64,000 bases of DNA from Myxococcota bacterium (GCA_039028615.1 JBCCHT010000008.1:1-64000), one strand, 5' to 3'; shown: positions 48,814 through 59,594, counted from the stretch's first letter. Made by a program: numbers and translations. Notes: generated from the sequence alone by a model not told the origin.

Positions 48814-50979
48814 TCAGTCGGTGAAGCGAACGCCGACGTCGTCGACGAAGTAGGTGCCCGTGCTCAGGGTCGTGCCGTAGGTGTACATGCCGAACATGAC
48901 ACGCAGCGCCTCCCCCGTCGCGAGGGGCTCGTCGACCTGGATGCAGGTCTCGCTCCAGTTCGTGCCCGGGATGAAGTACGAGCCGGCGACGTAGGTGCCA
49001 TCGGTGTGCTCCACCCGCAGGCGCCCCAGGGTCCCGCCCTGCCACGTCGTGGACGGATCACGACGATGATCGAAGCACAGCGTCCCGCTGCCGTCTTGGG
49101 GGAAGGGCAGATCGTGGGTGGCGAGGTCGTAGTCGAAGCCCGTGCCGCTCGGGTTCGTCGCCGTGATCCGGCCCGCCCAGTTGACGCCCGTGCCCTGACC
49201 GTCGGGCAGGATGTGCGGCCGAACGGTCCACGACGGAGCCTCGGGCTCGAACCACGCTCGGCGCTCGTCGTGGCTGTCGAACGTGTTCGCGAACCGCTCC
49301 ACGGCCGTCCAGCCCTGCGGGAGCACATACGTCGTCGAGTGAGGCACCGGCTCGTTGACGGAAACGTCGTGGATCGAGCCCGACGCGTTCCACCCTTGGA
49401 TCACCAGCTTGGACACGTTGGCGGGCGGATTGACCGTCACCCGTCGCGCGGTGGGGCCATCGTTGGAGTTGTCGAAGAAGAACGGGCTACAGGAGAGCGT
49501 GTTGCCATCGAGACAAACCCGGTACCACCCCGTGGTGCTGTCGAGGTTCAGCGTGACATCGAGCGGCTCCGCGCTGCTGAGGTTGAGCCCGGGATGCCGT
49601 GCGAGATCGACCCACGCGTTGTTGGCCAAGACCGTCGATTGGTAGGTCACCCGGCCCTGGTTGAGCTGGTGAGCCGAGCCCACGCCCAGCTCCCACTGCC
49701 GAGTCTGGCGACGGCTGTCGAACCGAAGGTGGTGCATCGACTTGTGGTTCTCGCCCTCGATGTCCTCGATGTCGGACACGAGGTCGAAGAACCAATCCGA
49801 GTCCTGGTCGACGTAGGTGTTGGTGTAGTCGTCCGGGTCGAGGCCCAGGCTCGTCACGTAGCTGGCATTGATGGTGTTGTCGGTATCGCAGTTGGTGACC
49901 GGTGTGGCGCAGTACGACGGCGACGACAGCGGCGTGTAGATCCACCCGTAGGTCATGAAGTCGCGCATGCTCAACGCCCATCGGTTGAGGCCGTCTTCCC
50001 AGCCCGTCGACAGCGGGCCCACGACCATGCGCCCGGCGCTGTTGAAGTGGCCCGAGCCACTGGCCCCGCCCATGGACCACAGCGCCATGCGGACTGCCCG
50101 GGCGAGGGTGTTGCCCTGGTACGGGTAGCCGACGCTACCGAGATTGTCGGTCGGATTGGCCGACACGCCCGGGACCTCGAGCTGGGCGATATGCCCGCTG
50201 GTCAGCAAGCTCGCGTCGCCCGCGGCCGGAACGTTGTCGATTTTGTTGTTGAAGACCGAAAAAATGTAGCCGTAGAGCGTGGGCTCGCTGACGTCGACAT
50301 CGACCCAGCCGAAGCGGTCACCCAGGGAGACCCCACTACTCGTGGTGGGGCAGTGGTAGACCGCCAAGTCGGTCTCGGGAAAGGTGTGGAACAGCAGATT
50401 GCACGTGTACTGCTCGGTCCGCTGCTCCGTCACATCGCGCTCGCGATAGACCCGCCCCGTCACATCCATCATGGTCATGCTCGGGGCATCGGCACCGCAG
50501 TGGGCGGCGGTCACGAGAATGTTCGGGCCGATCATCGTCGCCGAACAACCCAGACCGGTGGGAGCGCTCACGCTCTCCGTGGCAGGAGTGGCCCAGCTGG
50601 TCTCCGCGTAGAGCGGGTTGAGGTAGTAGTCGGTCACTCGGCGCACACCGCCGCTAGCGGTGGCGGTCTCGGTGGCGATGGTCTCGGGGTCGCGCTCGTG
50701 GTCGGTCAGCCCGAAGGGCTCCAGCTCGCCTTCGTCGTCCGACGATGGTTGCTCCGTCTCGTCGACGAAACGGATCTCGGGCTCGTCGCCATCGGGAAGC
50801 TCGACACCCGGCGGCAACAGTTCGTCGGCCGGGAGTTCTTCGGCGAACGCCTCTTGCCATTCGAGGTCGGCCGCGTCGTCGACATCGGCACACGCCGTCA
50901 CCAAGGACAACAGCACGAGACCGCGGACGGCGGGCAAGGAGCGAGAAGAAACGGGAGTGGAACGCTGGGGGTTGGTCAT
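48814..50979 (-). CDS. Trypsin-like serine protease lipoprotein with long C-terminal beta-rich domains
   Basis: LVTAC lipobox; CSATMIG..LVTAAHC, DLAV, GGASGS nucleophile motif. Confidence 0.8.
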   Translation of the reverse strand: MTNPQRSTPVSSRSLPAVRGLVLLSLVTACADVDDAADLEWQEAFAEELPADELLPPGVELPDGDEPEIRFVDETEQPSSDDEGELEPFGLTDHERDPETIATETATASGGVRRVTDYYLNPLYAETSWATPATESVSAPTGLGCSATMIGPNILVTAAHCGADAPSMTMMDVTGRVYRERDVTEQRTEQYTCNLLFHTFPETDLAVYHCPTTSSGVSLGDRFGWVDVDVSEPTLYGYIFSVFNNKIDNVPAAGDASLLTSGHIAQLEVPGVSANPTDNLGSVGYPYQGNTLARAVRMALWSMGGASGSGHFNSAGRMVVGPLSTGWEDGLNRWALSMRDFMTYGWIYTPLSSPSYCATPVTNCDTDNTINASYVTSLGLDPDDYTNTYVDQDSDWFFDLVSDIEDIEGENHKSMHHLRFDSRRQTRQWELGVGSAHQLNQGRVTYQSTVLANNAWVDLARHPGLNLSSAEPLDVTLNLDSTTGWYRVCLDGNTLSCSPFFFDNSNDGPTARRVTVNPPANVSKLVIQGWNASGSIHDVSVNEPVPHSTTYVLPQGWTAVERFANTFDSHDERRAWFEPEAPSWTVRPHILPDGQGTGVNWAGRITATNPSGTGFDYDLATHDLPFPQDGSGTLCFDHRRDPSTTWQGGTLGRLRVEHTDGTYVAGSYFIPGTNWSETCIQVDEPLATGEALRVMFGMYTYGTTLSTGTYFVDDVGVRFTD

Positions 50980-51068
50980 GGCGGGGAGCAAGGACGCCGC
51001 TTTCGCGCCTTCAGCCTAGTGAACGGGGGCCACGACCCGACTCCCTCATTCGAATTCCCACGGAAAGT

Positions 51069-51857
51069 TCAATCTTCGATCACGACGTCCGCGGCCAGGC
51101 GATACCCCTGACCGACGGTCTCGATCTGCTCCTCGAGACCGAGGCTTCGAAGCGCACGGATCGAAGTCCACAGACGAGCCTGGGCTGATTCCCAGCGCAT
51201 GCGCTCGTCGGGCCACCCCGCCTGGATGCACTGCTCGGAGCTGACCTCGGTGCCGGGGCGCTCGCGATGGGCCAGCGCGAGGCGGGCCAGGATTCGCCGC
51301 ACGGCCTGGCGCCGCCGCAGGTCCACGACCTGCCCGTCGGGCAGACGGACCGAGCTTCCGTCCACTGCCACCCGGGGCCCCGTCGACTCGGCCCGCTCGG
51401 CCCGCTCGGCCGCGGACTGTTCTCGCAATCCCTCCAGCAAGCCACGCGCGACCCGGGGCGACAAGGGTGCACCTCCCGAGCCGAGCTCCAGCAGGCGGGA
51501 GACGAGCACATCGAGCGGGTCGCTCTTGACCAGATAACCGGAAGCGCCCGCTCGGATCGCGGCGTCCACCTCCTCCCGGCTGTCGTGCACGGTGCACATG
51601 ACGATGGGCAGCTCGGGGCGCTGGGCGTGCAGGAATCGCGTGCCGTCCAGGCCCGACTCGCCGGGCAGACCGAAGTCCATCAGCACCACGTCCCACTGCT
51701 GCAGTCGCTCCGGCTCGCGCTCGAGGGCCGTCCGCAGGTCCTCGACCGAGTCGAACGCCCCGCCGAAGCCGAGATCGGGGGTCAGCTCGATCATCGTCTT
51801 CAGGGCGTCGCGCATGGCCGCCTGATCTTCGACGATCGCGACTCGGATGGTGCTCAT
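51069..51857 (-). CDS. Response regulator: NarL-type receiver plus winged-helix-like output
   Basis: IVED, VLMDFGLPG, T, GYLVK; ATG 51857 overlaps kinase stop (ATGA). Confidence 0.9.
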   Translation of the reverse strand: MSTIRVAIVEDQAAMRDALKTMIELTPDLGFGGAFDSVEDLRTALEREPERLQQWDVVLMDFGLPGESGLDGTRFLHAQRPELPIVMCTVHDSREEVDAAIRAGASGYLVKSDPLDVLVSRLLELGSGGAPLSPRVARGLLEGLREQSAAERAERAESTGPRVAVDGSSVRLPDGQVVDLRRRQAVRRILARLALAHRERPGTEVSSEQCIQAGWPDERMRWESAQARLWTSIRALRSLGLEEQIETVGQGYRLAADVVIED

Positions 51858-54736
51858 GCCGATGCCTCCGGTCGACGGCCGACCCGTCGCCACCCGCGGC
51901 GCAGGCGGAAGTGGGCCTCCACTCGAGTGCCACCGACCGCCCCGGGTAGGACCTCGAGTCGACCACCGACCCCGCGCATGCGGGTCTCCATGCCCCCGAG
52001 GCCACGCCCGCGATCGGGGGCCGGCGCACGCACCAGGGGCAAGCCCACCCCGTCGTCCACGATGGTCAGCCGTACCCCTTCGGCCCCCCGCTCGACTCGA
52101 ACCTCCACCTGCGTCGCCTGGGCGTGGCGAGCCGCGTTGTTGAGCGCCTCGAGCCCGACCAGCTGGAGCGCGCGCAACACATCGATGTCGACCGGGAGTT
52201 CAGCCAAGCCCGGATCGCAGCGACAGGGCCGCAGCGCGGGGTCGAAGTCGGCGAGGATGCTCGACGCACGGTGGTCCAGATACTCGATGAGGGCGCCGAG
52301 GGTGTTGCTACGCGGCGACAGCGACCAGACGATCGCCGACACGCCATCGCCGAGTTCGTGGGCCTCGGTGGCGATCCGCCCGGCCAGCTCTTGCGTGCGC
52401 CGCGGGGAGAGCCCCCGACGGATGAGCCCCGCGAGCAGCCCCATCGCCGCCAGCCCGGCCCCCAGCTCGTCGTGGATGTCCATCGCGACCTGGGTCCGCA
52501 AGCGCTGAGCCCGAGCGGCTAGCTCGCTCCGCGCCCGCGCAATGGCCAGCGCCAGCGAGACGCAGCCCACCAGCGCCAGCGCCCACACCCAGCGGCGCTC
52601 GTACCAGGGCTGCGGCACGTGCACCCAGATCACGCTGGGCTGCTTGCTCCAGCGCTCGGCGTCGAGGCTCGCCGCCAGCTCGACCCGGTGGGGACCCGGG
52701 GGCAGCGAGGCGAGCACGATCGAGGGCGCGGAGCTCGGAGCGGACCACGGGCGCTCGTCCACCCGATGCCGATAGCGAAGCTGCGCCGGAGCGCGGTAGT
52801 TGGGGCTCGACAGGTGCAGGGTGACCGTCTGTTCGCCGTGCTCGAGGTCGACGCGATCGCCCTGCACCGCCCGACCGTCGACGAGAAGTTCGCTGACCCA
52901 CACCGCGGGCGGCGGCGGCTCGGCCTGCTGCCGCACGCGGGCCGGGATCTGAAGCAGGCCAGTGTCCCCGGCCAGATAGAGCGTGCCGTCCTCGAGCTCG
53001 AGCACGTCGGCGATGGCCGAGAGGCTCCGCCCCAACCAATCCGGCACGGACTCGACGATGCGCAGTCCCTCGGGCTCATCGACGACGCGGACCACCGCCC
53101 CGATGCCCGCGACCCAGCTGCCGCCCGCCGGGGAGTGGCTGAGCCCCCGTAGATCCCCCAGCCCGATCGCCTCGCTGCCGGGCACGACCCGAGGCTCGCC
53201 ATCGACGAACTCGAGCAGGCCTTCGTAGCGGTCGGCCAGCCAAACGCGGCCGCGGGCGGTCTCGTGCAGGTCTTCGATCGAACCCAGCGACGGAGGCAGG
53301 GTGTGGCAGGTCCAGCTCGCCTCGCCTGCGAGCACTCCGGGCACGGACGCCCAGCAAGTCTCGCGCCCCGCCGCCACCCACAGCACGCCGTCTCGCGTCT
53401 CCACGATCGATCGCACCTGGTTCGACGGGGCAAGGGGATGCTCGGCGACGGCGCGCGGAGTTTCGTCGGGCCGCCCCAGCGCATACAGCTGCGCCCCCAC
53501 CGTCAGCCAGTGACGACCGGCCTGGCCCACCGCGCAGCCGAAGGTCCACGGGTCGCCCTGCGCGGCGGGGTGGAGCCGATGCTCGCCCGCGTCGTCCCAC
53601 GCGATCCAGTGCAGGTCCCCCGTGACGGTGCTTCCGACCATGCTCCACAGCGCGCCGTCGGGGCCGTGGCAGATCCGCCCCTTGCCGATGAGGGGCGAAG
53701 CGTCGTCCACCGCCCCTCCCTCGCGCACGCGGTAGAGCCCGTTCCAGCTGCCGACCCAGACCTCCCCGTCACGGGCGACCACCGAGCGCGCGGAGATCGG
53801 GTTGGAGCCCTCGGTCAGCGGCCACCGACGAAGGTCGGGATCGGGCAAGTGGGCGAGGCCCCGGAAGTTGGTCGACCACAGCGAACCATCCGAGCTGGCG
53901 AGGATGCGCCCCGTGTTGCCCGTGGGCGAAGTGGCCTCGATGATCTCGACGCCGCCGTCTCGGTCGACGACGGCCAGGTGCAACGAGAACGCGACCCACA
54001 GCGTGCCCTCGCGAAAGGTGAGGTCCTTGGCGACCTCGGGGCGCTCGAGCACCATGGATGCGCCTTCGGGACTCAACCTCCAAAGGCGCGTGGGCGAGCG
54101 CTCGAGCAGCCACGTGATGTCGCCATCGAACGCCGCCCGATGAACGACGACTCCGTCCAAGACCCGCCGCGGAGCACTGCCCGGCGACCACACAAACGCG
54201 GCGTTCGCCGTGGCGAGCAGCAGCTCGCCGCGACCGGTCACGAACACCCGCCGCAAGGGCTCGCCGTCGACCGACTCGAGCCGACGGCGCCACCCTGCGT
54301 CGTCGCCCCGGGCCCACAGCTCGCCGTCGATGATCGCGAGCAGCTCCCCTTCGCCCGCATCGGCGAGGTGCTCGGCCCGTAGCGCGGCGCCGTCCGGACC
54401 GAGCATGGCGTCCGTGGTGCCGTCGTGCCAGGCCGAGACCGCACCGCCGAACACCCGAATCGTCAGGTCCGTACCCTCGCGGGGGAGAATCTGTTGGACC
54501 GCCTGCGACGGCCCGGGCAGCTCCCACGACCGCATGCGCGCCCCGTCGTAGGTCGCCACCCAGCCCGAGCCACCGATCCACAGCGCCCCCCGCTGGTCCT
54601 GGGTGACCTCGGTGGTCCAGTTCGAAGGCAAGCCCTCGGTGACCGTGACCCACTCGGTCGCCAACTCGGGGCCGTCGCCGCGGGCCAGGACGGCGGCGAG
54701 ACACAGCGTGGCCCACATCGAGGCGCAGTGTATCAA
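51854..54736 (-). CDS. Sensor histidine kinase: beta-propeller sensor, Y_Y_Y-like domain, TM, HisKA_3/HATPase
   Basis: GLPSN..QDQRGALWIG propeller repeats, YRHRV..LPPG.H, AMDIHDELGAGL, EALNNAARHA, DDGVG, GRGLGGM. Confidence 0.9.
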   Translation of the reverse strand: MIHCASMWATLCLAAVLARGDGPELATEWVTVTEGLPSNWTTEVTQDQRGALWIGGSGWVATYDGARMRSWELPGPSQAVQQILPREGTDLTIRVFGGAVSAWHDGTTDAMLGPDGAALRAEHLADAGEGELLAIIDGELWARGDDAGWRRRLESVDGEPLRRVFVTGRGELLLATANAAFVWSPGSAPRRVLDGVVVHRAAFDGDITWLLERSPTRLWRLSPEGASMVLERPEVAKDLTFREGTLWVAFSLHLAVVDRDGGVEIIEATSPTGNTGRILASSDGSLWSTNFRGLAHLPDPDLRRWPLTEGSNPISARSVVARDGEVWVGSWNGLYRVREGGAVDDASPLIGKGRICHGPDGALWSMVGSTVTGDLHWIAWDDAGEHRLHPAAQGDPWTFGCAVGQAGRHWLTVGAQLYALGRPDETPRAVAEHPLAPSNQVRSIVETRDGVLWVAAGRETCWASVPGVLAGEASWTCHTLPPSLGSIEDLHETARGRVWLADRYEGLLEFVDGEPRVVPGSEAIGLGDLRGLSHSPAGGSWVAGIGAVVRVVDEPEGLRIVESVPDWLGRSLSAIADVLELEDGTLYLAGDTGLLQIPARVRQQAEPPPPAVWVSELLVDGRAVQGDRVDLEHGEQTVTLHLSSPNYRAPAQLRYRHRVDERPWSAPSSAPSIVLASLPPGPHRVELAASLDAERWSKQPSVIWVHVPQPWYERRWVWALALVGCVSLALAIARARSELAARAQRLRTQVAMDIHDELGAGLAAMGLLAGLIRRGLSPRRTQELAGRIATEAHELGDGVSAIVWSLSPRSNTLGALIEYLDHRASSILADFDPALRPCRCDPGLAELPVDIDVLRALQLVGLEALNNAARHAQATQVEVRVERGAEGVRLTIVDDGVGLPLVRAPAPDRGRGLGGMETRMRGVGGRLEVLPGAVGGTRVEAHFRLRRGWRRVGRRPEASA

Positions 54737-54785
54737 CTCTCCTGCTTCGCTCTCCGGGCTCCGACCCCGTCATGCATCCGCCGAA

Positions 54786-55325
54786 TCAAGGCTCGATGCC
54801 CATCTCGCGCAAGCTCGACCGCAGATCCGCGAGCCCCCGGTACACCAGGTTCTCGGCCCGCTTGGTGCCGCAATCCAGCTGTCGCGCAATCTCGGGAACG
54901 GAGTGCCCTTGCAGGTACGACACCACGGCCCGACGGCGGCTCGCGATCAGCCGCCCCAGGCAAACCCCGATGGCTTGGCCGATCTCTCGGCCCGCCACCT
55001 GCACTTCGGGCTGGAGCCCTCGGGCCGGGACGGCGCCGGACTGATGATGCGACAGGCTCGTCTTGAGCCGCTGCTGGCTCTTTTGCCGACGCACGTGATC
55101 GACGACGGCGGACTGAGCCACCCGCCACTGGTAGGACGGCGTCAGGACCCGAGGGCCCTCGGTCGCCTCCAGGGCCCGATGCATGCGCAGGAGCACCTGT
55201 TGCGTGATGTCGTCGACGTGCGGATCCAGGTCGCGTGGACATAGCCGTCGCACCACGGTCCCCAGCGCATCCTCGACGTCGCGGACGCCTCTCGGATACG
55301 AGGCAACCGAGACCGTGGGCTCCAT
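54786..55325 (-). CDS. ECF-type RNA polymerase sigma factor
   Basis: DDITQQVLLR, VAQSAVVDHVRR, GHSVPEIARQL..KRAENLVYRGL; start 55325-55355. Confidence 0.82.
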   Translation of the reverse strand: MEPTVSVASYPRGVRDVEDALGTVVRRLCPRDLDPHVDDITQQVLLRMHRALEATEGPRVLTPSYQWRVAQSAVVDHVRRQKSQQRLKTSLSHHQSGAVPARGLQPEVQVAGREIGQAIGVCLGRLIASRRRAVVSYLQGHSVPEIARQLDCGTKRAENLVYRGLADLRSSLREMGIEP

Positions 55326-55455
55326 TCCAGCGTGCATCGATCGCCGGAATAGCACCTCTACCCCCCGTTTTCGGGGGTCTACGGGCGACCCTCAGGAACT
55401 CTCAGGGTCGTCGCCCACGGCCGCGTGCGAAGCGCAAACGCGACTGCGATGGCCG

Positions 55456-56244
55456 TCAGCCCCCGACCAGGCCCAGCCCGTACTGCTCGCCCTGCAGCGT
55501 CAGGCGCGACGCCGTCACTTCCCACGTGACCGGCTGCGCCCCGTACACCAGGCCCAGCACCACGCGCTCGAGCTCCTGCGCGAGCTCGTCGACGCAGCCG
55601 GCTTCGGTGACCCCGACGTCGACGAAGGTGAGCTCGTTGCCCGACACGGAGTACGTGCCCGAGCCCGAGTTGCACCCGGTGTTCACCTGGACCGTGCCGT
55701 CATCGCCGAACACGATGGTCGCCGGCTCGGGCCACGCCGCGTTGCTGGCCACCTCGCCGTCGATGAGCGTGTCGACGGTCCAGGTCTGCCCGGCAAGCGC
55801 CAGGTCGGGCGTGGCGACCTCTTGGTCGAGATACTCGATGCGAATGCCCCCGCCCTCGAGCACCACCCCTTGCTCTTGAATGGTGATGGCCGGGCTGGAG
55901 CCGAGGAAGCCGAAGTACCACTCGTCTTGCGCGAGCAGAGCGGGTTCGCAGCCGATCTCCGTCTGAGCGGCGTCGGTCATGACGAACACCCCGTCGTTGA
56001 TGGAGTAGGAGCCGCTGAGCGAGTTGCACCCCGCCGACCCGCTCACGCCCGAGCCCTCTTGAAAACGGAGCGACAGGTTGGCGACGCCGCCCTCCAGCGG
56101 CCGATCGGCGCCGTTTTCCGTGACCGACTGCGACAGGAACGTACGGTCTTCGAGCGAGGCACTGTTGCCGTTGCCACCGCCGACGGTCGCACACGCGAGC
56201 GAAAGCGCGGGAAGGGCCACGAACAGGAGGCGAGACGGGGACAT
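55456..56244 (-). CDS. Lipoprotein with two META domains
   Basis: LSLAC lipobox; GSAGCN..T..GC and VNTGCN..TEAGC repeats. Confidence 0.85.
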   Translation of the reverse strand: MSPSRLLFVALPALSLACATVGGGNGNSASLEDRTFLSQSVTENGADRPLEGGVANLSLRFQEGSGVSGSAGCNSLSGSYSINDGVFVMTDAAQTEIGCEPALLAQDEWYFGFLGSSPAITIQEQGVVLEGGGIRIEYLDQEVATPDLALAGQTWTVDTLIDGEVASNAAWPEPATIVFGDDGTVQVNTGCNSGSGTYSVSGNELTFVDVGVTEAGCVDELAQELERVVLGLVYGAQPVTWEVTASRLTLQGEQYGLGLVGG

Positions 56245-56287
56245 GGGTCCACCTTGGCACCGACGCGAACGGACCGCCAGTGCGGCG

Positions 56288-57325
56288 TCAGTCGGCCATG
56301 ATCACGCGATTGCGCCCCGACTGCTTCGCTCGATACATCGCGGCGTCGGCCCGGGCGACCAGGGACATGCGGGACTCGCCCGGCTTCCGCTCGGCCACGC
56401 CCACGGAGATGGTAACCCGCAGGTCCTCGCACGCGGGGGTGAGCACGGAGTTTTCGATGGTGGTGCGAGCACGCTCGGCGACGACGCGGGCCCCGTCGAC
56501 CTCGACCTGGGGCAAGAGCAGCACGAACTCCTCGCCGCCGTAGCGGACCACCGAGTCGTGCTGGCGCACCACCTCACCGAGGATCCGCCCCACCGCCTTG
56601 AGCACCTCGTCGCCCACCGCATGGCCGAGCTCGTCGTTTACCCGCTTGAAGTGATCGACGTCGACCATGGCCACCGCCAGCGGCATGGCGCGGCCCCGGG
56701 AGCGCACGAGCGGCTCGATCTCGGGCAGCTTGCGATCGAAGCCCCGGCGATTGAGCACCCCGGTGAGCGGATCGATGCCCGACAGCTGCTCGAGCCGCGC
56801 CGCCTCGACCCGCGGGGCACAGATGGCGGCGATGAGGGTGGCGAGCTGCTCGTGGTGCGGGCTGAGCTGGTCTTGCTCGGGGTGGACCGCGGACAGCACC
56901 CCCATGCAGCGCGAGCCCGCCACCAGCGGGACGCCGAGGAACGAGCCGATCTTGCGGGTGAGCCCCGGCTTGGCGACGAAGCGCGGGTCCTCGTGGGCCC
57001 GGCCGAGACACAGCGACTCGGCGTTCTGCACGATCCACCCGATGAGGCCCTCGCCCGAGACGAAGTCGACCTCGCCGTCGGCGTGACGCGATTGCCCCGA
57101 GCGCACCGCGGTGATGAGCCGCGTGCCCGTGGGGTCGAGCAGGCGCACGCTGGCGTAGGGCACGTCGAGCAGGCGCACGGCATGGTCGACGATCATCTGC
57201 AGCATCGGCTCCACGCCTTGGGGCTGCTGGAGGTCGAGCGCGAGCGTGGTGAGCTGCGTGAGCTGCTCCGCCGTGCGCTCGGGCCGGTCCGAGTCGTCGG
57301 GCGTGATCATCGAAAGCGCGTGCAT
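56288..57325 (-). CDS. GAF-GGDEF diguanylate cyclase
   Basis: GAF (GEGLIGW, DPRF, SFLGVPL); DPLTGVLNRR, DVDHFKRVND, RQHD I-site, RYGGEEF. Confidence 0.95.
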   Translation of the reverse strand: MHALSMITPDDSDRPERTAEQLTQLTTLALDLQQPQGVEPMLQMIVDHAVRLLDVPYASVRLLDPTGTRLITAVRSGQSRHADGEVDFVSGEGLIGWIVQNAESLCLGRAHEDPRFVAKPGLTRKIGSFLGVPLVAGSRCMGVLSAVHPEQDQLSPHHEQLATLIAAICAPRVEAARLEQLSGIDPLTGVLNRRGFDRKLPEIEPLVRSRGRAMPLAVAMVDVDHFKRVNDELGHAVGDEVLKAVGRILGEVVRQHDSVVRYGGEEFVLLLPQVEVDGARVVAERARTTIENSVLTPACEDLRVTISVGVAERKPGESRMSLVARADAAMYRAKQSGRNRVIMAD

Positions 57326-57408
57326 CCTTGCCGCGGTTTAGCACCGATGACCAGGGGATCCGCGACCAAGCGGTCCCTCGCCCAAAATGGGATGCTTTGG
57401 CGGCCCGG

Positions 57409-58950
57409 CTAGCGATCGGCGCCCGCGACGTCCGGGGACCCCGCACGCGAAGGCCGACGATCACCATCGAGATCGACCGGGGGATCGCCCACCTCCCAGC
57501 GCGCCACGTCGGTGAAGGGATGACCGTCGGCGAGGTGAAAATCCCCGGAGCCGGGGGACACGAACCACGCCACGTCGAAAGTGCCAACCGGCACCACGCC
57601 TTCACCCATGAAGGCCGAGTCCGTCGCGCTGGTCTCGACCACGAGGTCGGGGCAGTCCACCGAACCGGTCTGCACCCCCACCACGATGCCGTTGCGAATC
57701 GAGCCGTTGCTCGCCCCTGTACACAGGATGGAGCTCACCGCCGTGCCGTCGTTGCCGGCCAGGGTCACATAGCGCAGATCGAAGCTCGAGTCGGTCACCC
57801 GCAGCGCCTGGGCGTCGACCAGCGCGTTGCCGTTGGCGCCCAGCACGGAGTTGTCGGCCTGGAGCAGAGCGCCGTTGGTCAGCGCGATGCCTCCGCCCAC
57901 GTTGAGCACGACCCGGAACTCGTGCAAATGCAGCACCGACCCCACCACCGAGATGGCATGTGTCCCCAGGCTGCCCTCGACGCGCCCGCCCTGCAGATAG
58001 GCCACCGCGCCGCCCGAGACGGTGATCGGTGCCCCGATGCCCGAGCCGGTCAGGCGCGGCGGCTCCTCGTCGGCCGACAGCACCGCCACCACCCGGCCCG
58101 CCGCGAGCACGAGATTCTCCGCGTAGGCGGCCCCGAACTCCCGGGCCGCGACCCGCAGGGTGCCCAGCTGGCCCACGCCGATGTTCGCCATGGCATCGGC
58201 GAAGGTGCAGTAGGGGCTGGCTTCGCTGCCGTCGGCGATGCCGCAATCTCGGGCATCACCATCGACCCACCACACCCGATCGACCGGCAGGCAGCTCCCG
58301 GCCTCGAGGTGACACGCGCTGTCGGGGCACTGGCCATGGCGCGTGCACGCGACACAGGTGCCGGTCGGCACATCGCACGCGGGCGTCGCCCCCTCGCAGG
58401 CGCTCGTGTCTTCGGCCGTGCATGCCACACACGCGTCCTCGACACATAGGGGCCGGTCGGGGAACGATTCGACGCACGCGGCGTTCGGGTCGTCGGTCGC
58501 GCTGCAGGGCACGCAAGTGTCCTCGCGACAGAACGGGCTCGCCGCGGGGCACGAGGCGTCGTCGCGACAGCCCGGGGCCGGCCCGGTGGTCGTATCGTCG
58601 GCGCCGGTCGCGGTCATCGAGGGTAGCTCGTCGCCCGCGGTGGTGCCCATGCCCGTCGTGGGGGCGGGACCGGTACCCGAGGTCGGCTCCGGGCACTCGT
58701 CGAGTTCTTCTGCGGTCAGGCCCCCGCCGCACGGGCTATGACACGACGGCGGTGGTTGCTCGGCCACGCACCCGTTGCCGAAGGGGCTGTTCTTGCACCC
58801 CGCGCTGCAATACGGCAGCAGGGTTCCGAGCGCGGCACAGGTCGCGTCGCCCTCGAGCAACGAGCAGTGGGCCCCGTTGATCCCCGGGGAGGGGCAGCCG
58901 GTCAGCAATACGATCGAAGGTAGAGTCCATACGAAGTTCTCGATGTTCAT
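57409..58950 (-). CDS. Cys-rich repeat lipoprotein with C-terminal beta-helix-like domain
   Basis: ATG 58950 overlaps upstream stop; LLTGC lipobox; CVxC repeats; DGSEASPYCT and DLDGDRRP..DVAGAD motifs. Confidence 0.8.
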   Translation of the reverse strand: MNIENFVWTLPSIVLLTGCPSPGINGAHCSLLEGDATCAALGTLLPYCSAGCKNSPFGNGCVAEQPPPSCHSPCGGGLTAEELDECPEPTSGTGPAPTTGMGTTAGDELPSMTATGADDTTTGPAPGCRDDASCPAASPFCREDTCVPCSATDDPNAACVESFPDRPLCVEDACVACTAEDTSACEGATPACDVPTGTCVACTRHGQCPDSACHLEAGSCLPVDRVWWVDGDARDCGIADGSEASPYCTFADAMANIGVGQLGTLRVAAREFGAAYAENLVLAAGRVVAVLSADEEPPRLTGSGIGAPITVSGGAVAYLQGGRVEGSLGTHAISVVGSVLHLHEFRVVLNVGGGIALTNGALLQADNSVLGANGNALVDAQALRVTDSSFDLRYVTLAGNDGTAVSSILCTGASNGSIRNGIVVGVQTGSVDCPDLVVETSATDSAFMGEGVVPVGTFDVAWFVSPGSGDFHLADGHPFTDVARWEVGDPPVDLDGDRRPSRAGSPDVAGADR

Positions 58951-59594
58951 CGGGTTGTTCTCGAGGCCCGCCGACGGGCGCGGCGTTCGGAGACCAGCAG
59001 GGCGACCCCGGTGACCACCGCGGCCGTGCCCACGGCGAGGGCAGCGATGGCGGGAGGCCGACCGTCGAAGCGGCTTGGCGCCAGCTCGGTGCGAACGGCC
59101 GCCATGCCGAGCCAGAAACCGCCGCCGGCTCCGATGGCGAGCGCCCCCGCGACGAGCGAGCCGACTCCAGCGCGCCCGCGGGGGCTCAGGCCAGAAGGCG
59201 GAGCCACGGGGGGTGGAGCGGCCGCGGGTCGTACCGCTGGGCACGCGGGCAATGGCGCACGTGGGCGTACCGGAGGGGGCGTTTCGATGGCTTCGACCAC
59301 GCGGTGACGCACGTGGGCCACCAGCTCCCCGTGGGTACAGGGGCACTCGGTGATCGTGCGGCGACCGGCGAAGTCCACCTGCACGCGAAAGCCGAGCAGC
59401 TCTCCGCCGATGTGGATCGCCACCGGTCCCGCCGCGGGGCCCTCGGGCGACCGCTCGCTCAGCGTACGGGCCACGTCCGACTCGAGGCGATCGCCGAGCA
59501 GGGCCCCATCGGCGATCTGGGCGTCGACGGTCACTTCGACGGACGGGGACACCACGAGAAGGTTCGACACGATCAAGGCGACGATGGCATTCAT
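58947..59594 (-). CDS. Hypothetical exported/membrane protein
   Basis: ATGA overlaps at both ends; signal peptide, C.CT motif, two C-terminal hydrophobic segments. Confidence 0.65.
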   Translation of the reverse strand: MNAIVALIVSNLLVVSPSVEVTVDAQIADGALLGDRLESDVARTLSERSPEGPAAGPVAIHIGGELLGFRVQVDFAGRRTITECPCTHGELVAHVRHRVVEAIETPPPVRPRAPLPACPAVRPAAAPPPVAPPSGLSPRGRAGVGSLVAGALAIGAGGGFWLGMAAVRTELAPSRFDGRPPAIAALAVGTAAVVTGVALLVSERRARRRASRTTR

